Shown here: one piece after another, positions 24,750 through 32,644 of the stretch
Position numbering within the stretch: the stretch's first letter is position 1
How the letters are laid out: every line of letters starts with the position of its first letter
Assembly: GCA_963823665.1 (NCBI GenBank)
Contig: CAWGMQ010000005.1
Span: 960,001-1,024,000 of the forward strand
Direction of reading: 5' to 3'
DNA: 64,000 nucleotides
From: an uncultured Planctomycetota bacterium
GTDB lineage: Bacteria > Planctomycetota > Planctomycetia > Isosphaerales > Isosphaeraceae
The notes under the pieces: model-generated
Told to the model about the DNA's origin: nothing
Seen by the model: the letters and a program-made list of their open reading frames with translations, nothing else
The model's database searches: none
Made by a program: the position numbers and the translations under genes

Positions 24750-24830
24750 TGTCCACTGTCCGTGATCCGTTGTCCGTTGTCCAAGACGAAAAGGCAGCCT
24801 CCTCCGGTCTGTTCACTGAAAACGGACAAC
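24750..24830. repeat. In-frame palindromic heptamer element in kinase 2
   Basis: tgtccac-tgtccgt-gatccgt-tgtccgt-tgtccaa ... aacggacaac, at the same position as in kinase 1. Confidence 0.7.
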
Positions 24831-25372
24831 TCGCATCGATTCCCAAGCTCACCGACTTTGGCCTTGCCCAGCCGATTGAAGGCGGCCAGACGCTGACGCA
24901 GAGTGGTTTTCTGGTCGGCACGCCGGGGTACATGGCCCCCGAGCAGGCCAGCGGCAAGCGCGCCCTCGTGGGGCCGGCGACGGACATCTACGCCCTGGGC
25001 GTGATGCTCTATCAGCTCCTCACTGGGCAACTGCCGTTTCAGCGCGACAGCACCCTCGAGCTGCTGCGGGCGGTGACGTTTGACGAGCCGACCCGGCCGC
25101 GCCACCTCGAGCCCGGCTTACCGCGCGACCTGAAAGCGATCACGCTGCACTGTCTCGAGAAGGAGCCCAGCCGCCGTTACCCCAGCGCCCTGGCGCTGGC
25201 CGAAGACCTGGAGCGCTTCCGGGAGGGGAAGCAAGTCTTGGCGCGGCCGGTGGGGGCGGTCGCGCGGCTGGCCCGTGCGTGCCGGCGCCGGCCGCTCGTC
25301 GCGCTGTTGCTCGCCCTTCTCGCCGTCTCCCTTTCGGGAGGACTCGCTGGGGTTACCTGGAAATGGCTGGAT

Positions 25373-25435
25373 GCGAACGAACAACGGGACCTGGCGAACA
25401 AACAACGGGACCTGGCGAACGAACAACGGGACCTG
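25373..25435 (+). repeat. 21-bp tandem repeat x3 encoding ANEQRDL/ANKQRDL/ANEQRDL
   Basis: gcgaac(g/a)aacaacgggacctg three times in tandem. Confidence 0.92.
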
Positions 25436-27834
25436 GCAAGCGACCACGCGCGGCGAGCGGACGCCGAGAAACAGGCGGCCCAGTACCAGGCCTACCGGGC
25501 CTCCCTGGCCGCCGCCAGCGCGGCGCTGGAGAACCACGACGTGGCCGACGCTGGCCGACACCTCACAGGAGCGCCGGAGGCTCTGCAGGGTTGGGAATGG
25601 CGGCATCTGCGCAGCCGGCTCGATGACAGCTCTGCGGTGGTGCCGTTGCCCGCCGGGGGGAATGCCTTCCTGATCGCCACCCCGGATCAGCTCCGGATCG
25701 GGGTCTTGACCAGCGCCGGCTTGCGCATCACCGACCTGGGGGCGCGAGCAGAGGACAGTGCCGATAGGCCCCGAACGCAGGCGTGGTGTAAGCGTCGCCC
25801 AGACCCGCCGCGGCCTTCGGGTCGCCGCCTGGGTCGATGACGCGACCTTTGACTTGCTCGACGAGGCCGGGCAGGTCCTTTGTCGCGTGGTCAGGCCGGA
25901 CGCCGACGGAGGGCCGGTTGGCGTCGTCGTGAGCCCAGACGGCACCCGGCTGGCGTGTTTGACTGGGGAGGGAGGGACGCAGCTCTCAGTGTTTGACGCG
26001 ACCTCGGGGAAGCTAACGGCCATTTGCAAGCGCCGCCTCGCCGGTGTCTGGACTTACGCCTTCAGCCCGGACGGCACGCGGCTTACCTCGGGCAGCGAAG
26101 ATGGAACAGCGTGTGTGTGGGAAGCGGCCACCGGCAACCTGCTGGCCACCTGCCGGGGCCACACCAGCACGGTCCAGAGCGCCACTTTCAGCCCCGATGG
26201 CACACGCCTGTTGACGGCTTCGGCAGACGGGACGGTGCGGCAGTGGGACGCCCGGACGGGCCAGTTGCTCGAGCCGCCTTACGACCGCCATGGCGTCAAT
26301 CTCTACTCAGCCGTCTACAGCCCGGACGGGCAGTGGATTGCCTCCTCGGGTGAGGACCGTACCATCCGGGTGTGGCGGTCGCGGGACCGGCAGGACGTGG
26401 CGGTCCTGCACGGCCACACGGGGACCGTTTGCGAGGTAGCGTTCGCCCCGGGCGGGCGCCGGCTCGCCTCCCGTAGCATCCGGTTCGGGCCTATCACTCG
26501 GTGGGACGACTCAGTGCGGGTCTGGGACGTGGACCCCGACGCGACCCTGCCAGTGCTTCGCGGCCACACCAAAGCACGTCTACCCGGTGGCCTAGAGCCC
26601 GGACGGCCGCTGGCTGGCCTCGGGGAGCTGGGACAGAACTGTGCGCTTGTGGGACGCGGCGACCGGCGAGCGCTGCGCGATCTTGTCCCACCCTTCCTCC
26701 GTATCCGGGTTGGGCTTCGGGCCCGATGGAACCTGGCTGGCGACGGCCTGCCGGTCGGATGACCGGCTGCGAATCTGGGACGTGGCGACCGCTCGGCGTC
26801 GCAAAGAAATCCCCGTCCACGGCGGGAACGTCCGCTTCCACTCGCTGAGGGTCAGTCCGGACGGAACAAGAGTGGCTGCGACGGCGGAGGACGGAGGGTA
26901 CGAAAATCTTCGCCTGACCGTGTGCGACATCGCGACCGACAAGCCGCTCTTCTCGAGCAAAGGCCTGGCTCTGGCGTACAGCCCGGACGGCCGTTGGCTG
27001 GCCGTCTGGGCGCCGGATGAGAAGACGGTGCTGCTCCTGGACGCGCGGACGCACGCGACGGTCGCTCGATTCAGCGGTCACGAGAACCTGGTCCTTCAGG
27101 CCGCTTTCAGTCCCGACAGCCGGCTTCTCGCCTCGTGCAGCGAAGATCGTACTGTCCGCTTATGGCAGATCGACAGCGGCGAGTGCCGCGTGCTGCACGG
27201 TCACACCGACGTTGTCTACGCGGTTGCTTTCCACCCCGACGGCACGCGCCTGGCCACCTCCGCCCGTGACGGGGCGGTCTGGCTGTGGGACCTGGCGCAG
27301 GCCGAGGAGGTGGTGCGGCTGCGCGGGCACATGAGCTTCGTCTGGTCGCTGGCCTTCAGCCCTGATGGCGCGACGCTGGCGTCCGGCTCCGGGGACGAAA
27401 CGATCCGCCTGTGGGATACAGCGCCCTTGAAGACGCGCTACCAGGCCCGGCTCGAGGCCGCCGCCTTGCGAGGGGAGGCCGAACGCCTGGTCGAGCAGTT
27501 GTGGCGCGAGAAGAACGACCCGGCCGAGGTCGTGAAAGCAATCCGGGGCGACCGAGTTCCGAGCGAGGCGCTGCGCCACGCGGCCTTGCGCGCCGTGCTG
27601 CGGCGGGCGCAATCGCCGGAAGCCGCCCCGGGTCATGCCCATGATCCGCCCTGACTTCCCTGGACAGGCGGGTAAGAAGCACAATGCCCTGGCCGGACGT
27701 GCCGATGAGCTGATTCATTCGCTCCGCGCGGCATGCTGTTTTTCCCACGCTCGCTGTAACGCCAAAGCAATAACTATAATATGCTGGCCTCACGCCCGCG
27801 TCACGCATCACAAACGGGGAAAGGCCTCTTATGC

Positions 27835-27982
27835 CTCGGAGCGGCTGCGTGGCCACACCGACTACGTCCACGCCGTCGACTGGAGCCCGGACGGCACCCG
27901 GCTGGTGTCCGGATCGGGCGACTTCACGGTGCGCATCCGGGACTCGCTGTCGCCGGCCGACCGGGCCAAAGAAAGTAAGTGA
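27835..27982 (+). pseudogene. Orphan C-terminal WD40 fragment (remnant of a further kinase-WD40 gene)
   Basis: LRGHTDYVHAVDWSPDGTRLVSGSGDFTVRIRDS...* is a single terminal WD repeat preceded by unrelated, more AT-rich sequence. Confidence 0.7.
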
Positions 27983-28039
27983 TAGTGTCTACATTCATTA
28001 CATCCCCTGCTCTGTCCCTGGCCGTCTCGCGGCCAAGAA

Positions 28040-28113
28040 TCGGGACGGCCGGATTCGAACCGGCGATCTCCTGCTCCCAAGGCAGGCGGATTACCAGACT
28101 TTCCTACATCCCG
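28040..28113 (-). tRNA. tRNA-Pro(TGG), no encoded CCA
   Basis: CGGGATG-TA-GGAAAGTCTGGTAATCCG-CCTGC-CTTGGGA-GCAGG-AGATC-GCCGG-TTCGAAT-CCGGC-CGTCCCG-A cloverleaf. Confidence 0.92.
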
Positions 28114-28148
28114 ATCGACTCGGATCAAATCAAATCAACTCAACTCAG

Positions 28149-28222
28149 CAGCCCGTGAGGGAGTCGAACCCTCCTCCTCGCCTTGAAAGGGCGGAATCCT
28201 CAAACCGATAGACGAACGGGCC
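28149..28222 (-). tRNA. tRNA-Glu(TTC), no encoded CCA
   Basis: GGCCCGT...CCGCC-CTTTCAA-GGCGA...GAGGG-TTCGACT-CCCTC-ACGGGCT-G; one mismatch at the top of the anticodon stem. Confidence 0.88.
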
Positions 28223-28231
28223 GAATGGTAG

Positions 28232-28303
28232 TGGGCCGGGTGGCGCTCGAATCCACGTCTGCGGTATTTCAAACCGCTGCTAGACCATCTCAGCTACCGA
28301 CCC
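28232..28303 (-). tRNA. tRNA-Phe(GAA) with atypical T-arm, no encoded CCA
   Basis: GGGTCGG-TA-GCTG-AGATGGTC-TAGC-A-GCGGT-TTGAAAT-ACCGC-AGAC-GTGGA-TTCGAGC-GCCAC-CCGGCCC-A. Confidence 0.8.
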
Positions 28304-28408
28304 ATCGAGTGGTCGCGTCCTGCATTCTCACAGACGCACGGACACGGCATCGTGTTCGCGCGCTTTGCATTTTCTTGGAATCGCACTGCCCATTAGCACC
28401 TGGGCCGC

Positions 28409-29689
28409 TCAGGGCTGCGCCGGGCGGTCCAGCATGCGCGCTTCGCCGCCGACGCGAAGCCACGCCACCTTGAGATAGGCGCCCTCCAGAGCATCGATCG
28501 CCACCGGATGGTCGGGCGCTGCTCCTGTGAGCGCCAGAAGCTGCACTTCGCGCTCGGCATTGCGCGCGGCGGCGCCCAGGAGAGGCAGGAACTCTTCCAG
28601 GCCGAGCAGGCCCGAGCACGAGCAGCTTACGAGCAAGCCACCTTTCTCAACGAGCTTCATCGCCAGCACGTTGAGGTCGAAGTACTTTCGCTTGCCCGCG
28701 GAAATCTCCTCACGAGAGAGAATCAGCTTGGGAGGATCGAGCACCACAACGCCGTAGCTCTTGCCATTTTGCCCCATCTGGCGAGCATATCCGAATGCGT
28801 CAGCGTGAACGACGTCGAGACGCACGTTGTTGGCGTTGCCGTTCTCGCGGGCCAGAGCCACGGCTTTTTCGTCGAGGTCGACGCATGTGACTTCGCGGGC
28901 CGCCCCGCGGATCAATGCGTTCAAGCCGAATCCGCCGGTGTAACAGCACAGGTCGAGCACCGAGGCTCCGGCGCAGAAGTGGGCGATCTCCTTCCGGCTG
29001 TCGCGCTGGTCGCAGAAGAAGCCCGTCTTGTGGCCGCCGTCAAAATGAATGCGATAGCGGATTCCGTGCTCCTGCACCGTCACGCGGGGCGGCAGCCGCG
29101 GGCTGGCCAGCGGACGGCCTGAAAAGTCCTCTTGCTGCGCGACCCGTTCGTCGACGCCGACGCGGTAGTGCTTCGTGCCAAGCGCATCGGCACACAAGGC
29201 AAGGATCGGGCCGATCCGCTGATAGATCCCCAGGCTGAACACCTCGACTGAAAGGACGTCGTCAAAGCGGTCGACGATCAAGCCGGAGAGTCGATCCCCT
29301 TCGGCGTGGACGACACGGTAGGCGTTGGTTTCGCGCTCGAGATCGAGGACCTTCGTTCGCAGCGCGACAGCGTCGGCTATGCGGCCGCTCCAGAATTCCG
29401 GTCCGGGAGGCGTGGCCTGCCGCGACAAGAACCTGAGACTGATCTGCGAACGGCCGTTCCAGAGAGCGTAACCGAGCGGCACTCCGTGCCGGTCGACGAC
29501 GCGCACGATATCGCCGTGACTGGGAGCGGCGGCTCCGAGGGGGCCATCGAGCATCTTGCGATAAACGAATTGATGGGTTCCCGCCGCGCGGATCGCCATC
29601 GTTGGGGGCGGGTCGTCCGCCGCCAGACTCCGGTCAGGCACCGATTGGGGCGAGTCGACCGCCGAGCGGCGATACTTCGGGCGCGCCAT
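28409..29689 (-). CDS. rlmI: Class I SAM-dependent rRNA methyltransferase (RlmI/m5C1962 family)
   Basis: RVVHAEGDRLSGLIVDRF, GHKTGFFCDQR, VLDLCCYTGGFG, VVLDPPK, SCSCS, YLK. Confidence 0.85.
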   Translation of the reverse strand: MARPKYRRSAVDSPQSVPDRSLAADDPPPTMAIRAAGTHQFVYRKMLDGPLGAAAPSHGDIVRVVDRHGVPLGYALWNGRSQISLRFLSRQATPPGPEFWSGRIADAVALRTKVLDLERETNAYRVVHAEGDRLSGLIVDRFDDVLSVEVFSLGIYQRIGPILALCADALGTKHYRVGVDERVAQQEDFSGRPLASPRLPPRVTVQEHGIRYRIHFDGGHKTGFFCDQRDSRKEIAHFCAGASVLDLCCYTGGFGLNALIRGAAREVTCVDLDEKAVALARENGNANNVRLDVVHADAFGYARQMGQNGKSYGVVVLDPPKLILSREEISAGKRKYFDLNVLAMKLVEKGGLLVSCSCSGLLGLEEFLPLLGAAARNAEREVQLLALTGAAPDHPVAIDALEGAYLKVAWLRVGGEARMLDRPAQP

Positions 29690-29695
29690 GCCGGG

Positions 29696-30043
29696 TCAAT
29701 CCTCGCTGTCGTCGCCGCCAAGATCGTCGTCGTCATCAATGTCGACGGAATCGGTCGTTCCTTGCCGCTTGAGCCGGCGCAGGCGGACGAGCAAAGCGGT
29801 CGCGTAACGGCCCACGGCGAGCTGCTTGGTGAGAACGTTGTCATCGAGCGCGCCCTGTGGAATCGCCGCCATCAACCGGTAGGCTCCGGTCAAACTTTCC
29901 CAACCGAAGGCGAACGCTCGATCGAGAGATTGCTGGTTGCCTCTGGTCTCTTTCAGAAGCCCGCGAGCTTTCTTCATGACGGCCTGAGCCTTCTGAAGGT
30001 CTCGGAGCGCCGCACCTGGGCTCATCTCGGCCATCGTTTCCAC
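29696..30043 (-). CDS. Hypothetical helical protein with acidic tail
   Basis: Compact ORF ending 6 nt before the rlmI-like start on the same strand; plausible protein composition. Confidence 0.7.
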   Translation of the reverse strand: METMAEMSPGAALRDLQKAQAVMKKARGLLKETRGNQQSLDRAFAFGWESLTGAYRLMAAIPQGALDDNVLTKQLAVGRYATALLVRLRRLKRQGTTDSVDIDDDDDLGGDDSED

Positions 30044-30156
30044 CTGTCCGGCCTCGTCAAGAGAAAGGTTCGGAATTCACTTTGTGTTCCGCAAGTCAAG
30101 GATATAGATTAGAAGGAAGTGGGAATTCGTACAATCACCTCCGGGAGCTGCGCGAG

Positions 30157-30501
30157 ATGGCCGGTGAGCAATATGCAACCGCGACTGTGGTCGAGCCCGA
30201 GGTTACGACCGAACAGAAAACCCGCCGTTTGCCGCCGTACAACGTGATCATCCTGGACGACCAGGATCACACGTTTCCCTACGTGATCGAGATGCTGATC
30301 AAACTCTTCCGGCACGACCATGCCAAGGCCGAAGAGCTGACCTGGCGTATTCACAACACCGGCAGGGCCGTCGTGTACACCACGCACAAAGAACTCGCGG
30401 AGATGAAGCGCGATCAGGTTATCGCTTTCGGCGCCGATCCGCTCAGCGCGACGTCGAAGGGCCCGATGCGGTGCTACGTTGAGCCGGCACCCCAGGAATG
30501 A
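30157..30501 (+). CDS. clpS: ATP-dependent Clp protease adaptor ClpS
   Basis: PPYNVIILDDQDHTFPYVIEMLIKLF...IHNTGRAVV...AE; GGAG upstream of ATG 30157. Confidence 0.9.
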   Translation: MAGEQYATATVVEPEVTTEQKTRRLPPYNVIILDDQDHTFPYVIEMLIKLFRHDHAKAEELTWRIHNTGRAVVYTTHKELAEMKRDQVIAFGADPLSATSKGPMRCYVEPAPQE

Positions 30502-30535
30502 TCGAAAGCGGCGCCGAAACACCCGGCGCGCCATC

Positions 30536-31402
30536 TCAACTGATTGACGCGGGCAGGCCGGTTGTGATGTCCGGGTAAATCAGCGTGACTCCAAGCCCGG
30601 CCTTCATTCGATGATTGGCGACGCGCTTGCTGGTTGCGTCCCGGCCATCGTCGAGGCTGCCGGCTCCGGGCGGCGCGAACGTGGGAGCCTGCGCATTGAG
30701 AAGGGTCGCCAGGAGTGAATAATACTCGAGCCGCGTAACGGGCCGGTCGTCACTGACGAGATAGACAGGGTCGGGCGAGGCAACCGAGAGCCCCTTGAGT
30801 GCCGCCGCCGCGGCATCTTCGATGTGGATTAGATTGAACATCTTGAGCGGGTCACCGGGAATAGGCTCGCCCCGTTCGATGAGCGCGCGTCTCACAACCC
30901 GCCCCGGACCATACAGGCCGGCGAAGCGCAGGGTCACGGCGGTGATGGTGCCGCCACGATTGAAGGTCCAGTCGCGCAGCCGTTCCTCCGCATCCAGACA
31001 AATCCTGCCGGATTCGGTGCGGGGAGAGGGTAGCGTGCGCTCGTCGACCCACTCGCCCTCCGATTGTCCGTAGACTCCCGTCGAGCTTGCGTAGACCAGT
31101 CGCGTGACCTGGCGTGGCAGGTGATCAAGTACGCTCAAGAGTCCGTCGACATAGACGGCCCGCATCAAAGGCCCCGCGGAGCGGTCGTATCCCACGCAGT
31201 AGAACACGCGATCGACGGCGGGCAGATTGCCCAGGGAGCCCGGGTTGAGCACGTCCACGATCAACGGCTCGACTCCCTGCGCCCGAAGCTCGGCGGCTCG
31301 GGCTTGCGAACGCACGGTGCCGTACACGGGCTCGCCGGCGTGTCGGAGCAACGCGCCCAGGCGTCCGCCGAGATAGCCACAGCCGATGATGAGCGTGGTC
31401 AC
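30536..31402 (-). CDS. Atypical SDR / NAD-dependent epimerase (YeeZ-like)
   Basis: IIGCGYLG, YASSTGVYG, LRFAGLYGPGR, NLIHIEDAA. Confidence 0.88.
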   Translation of the reverse strand: MTTLIIGCGYLGGRLGALLRHAGEPVYGTVRSQARAAELRAQGVEPLIVDVLNPGSLGNLPAVDRVFYCVGYDRSAGPLMRAVYVDGLLSVLDHLPRQVTRLVYASSTGVYGQSEGEWVDERTLPSPRTESGRICLDAEERLRDWTFNRGGTITAVTLRFAGLYGPGRVVRRALIERGEPIPGDPLKMFNLIHIEDAAAAALKGLSVASPDPVYLVSDDRPVTRLEYYSLLATLLNAQAPTFAPPGAGSLDDGRDATSKRVANHRMKAGLGVTLIYPDITTGLPASIS

Positions 31403-31866
31403 GATGGGTTCTCATCCTGATCGGCCAGCGGTGCCGGCGCGGTCTCTTTCACGGGGCAGCCGGCATCCAGGAAGCCTTGAAGCATGATCTGTGCGGCGAG
31501 CTTATCGAGTCGCGCTTTCCGTTTCTTTTTGGTCAGCCCTGTGCCCAGCAGAGCGTGCTCGGCTTCGACCGACGAGTAACGCTCGTCGAAAAAGAACACA
31601 GGCCGGCCGGTGGTCGCGGCCAGCCACTCGCCGAACTCGCGGGCGCGAATGGCGATCGCACTTTCGCGTCCGCTCGTGTGCAATGGAAGACCGACCACAA
31701 TTCGCTCGACCTCGTTTTCGCGAACGAGCTCGCGATAGTAGCGCGCGTCGGCCACGGTACCGCGAGGCTCGTGGACTTCAACCGGGAACGCCATGGTCCG
31801 GCCGGGGTCCGAAAGGGCGATTCCAATTCGCCGCGTGCCGAAGTCGACGCCGAGGATTCGTGTCAT
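31399..31866 (-). CDS. ruvX: YqgF/RuvX family nuclease (pre-16S rRNA maturation)
   Basis: MTRILGVDFGTRRIGIALSD, IVVGLP, DERYSS, DKLAAQIMLQ. Confidence 0.93.
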   Translation of the reverse strand: MTRILGVDFGTRRIGIALSDPGRTMAFPVEVHEPRGTVADARYYRELVRENEVERIVVGLPLHTSGRESAIAIRAREFGEWLAATTGRPVFFFDERYSSVEAEHALLGTGLTKKKRKARLDKLAAQIMLQGFLDAGCPVKETAPAPLADQDENPS

Positions 31867-32019
31867 GGACGCGTGAGCGATGAGTGCCACCGGCAGGTTG
31901 ATTTTCCTTGAAAGGCTATCGCCACCGGGCGATCAACCACATCATAGCGTTGCCACGCCCATTTCGCTGAAAGTTTCCGCAAGCCGCAAATCGTGCGCAG
32001 GTAGCCGAAGGAGCCGGAA

Positions 32020-32361
32020 GTGTCTGCCGTGTTTCACTGCGAGACGACATTCACGATACCCAGCCGGTGTCTCTTCGTCCTCTCCGGTCGAATCCAAGAA
32101 GGGCGCGTCGGGCCCGGCATGAAGATCGGTATCCCGACGCCGTCGGGCGTTCTTCGTTTTTGCCTGATCAACTCGATCGAGCACGTGTCGAAGAGCCAGG
32201 AGCACGATTTCCTCGGCCTGACCGTTTTGTGCGCCGACAAGGATGAGATGACGACGCTAGAGGCCATGGCGATCCGTGACATCGATTGCGTCGTCTGCGC
32301 TTTAGAGTCACTGATCACGGGCTCACAGAGCAAGAACAATCCAGAAAGTCTTTCAAGCTAA
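32020..32361 (+). CDS. Hypothetical small beta-barrel protein
   Basis: GTG start with AAGGAG RBS; TFTIPSRCLFVLSGRIQEGRVGPGMKI resembles a translation-factor domain II pattern. Confidence 0.6.
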   Translation: MSAVFHCETTFTIPSRCLFVLSGRIQEGRVGPGMKIGIPTPSGVLRFCLINSIEHVSKSQEHDFLGLTVLCADKDEMTTLEAMAIRDIDCVVCALESLITGSQSKNNPESLSS

Positions 32362-32644
32362 GTCCTTACGGCCACAATGCATCGATGCTTAGTCGCACGC
32401 GATCCAGTTGCGGTGGCGTGAGTCGGCCTGAATCTACCATGTGGCCGCCGGCGGTAAGCGGGTTCACCTCATCCGATTATGGCCAAGAAAATGCGCAGGA
32501 ACTCTTGCCGCTTACGCGTCCCGTTGATGTTGCGTAGGGGTGGGGCGTGTTCACGGTTCCGGTCCTCTGCTGGTCGCCCCGAGAAGGCCACTTCTGCCCG
32601 GGGCGAGGCGACAGGGACCCAGGCGACAATCCACTGGTACCACC

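Larger units (their letters stand above)
24005..27654 (+). pseudogene. Zinc-finger (ZAS) / Ser-Thr protein kinase / TM / WD40 protein, copy 2, frameshifts near 25742 and 26575, in-frame TAG at 26593-26595
   Basis: HLGECPDC; kinase motifs nearly identical to copy 1; TM LVALLLALLAVSLSGGLAGVTW; QGWEWRHL; WD40 repeats; VYPVA*SPDG where an aromatic residue is expected at the stop. Confidence 0.85.

Noticed and set aside
26593..26595. In-frame TAG as a sign of stop-codon recoding or pyrrolysine
   Set aside because: A single instance in an already frameshifted gene; TAG ends normal genes here (e.g. 38116, 40941, queC).
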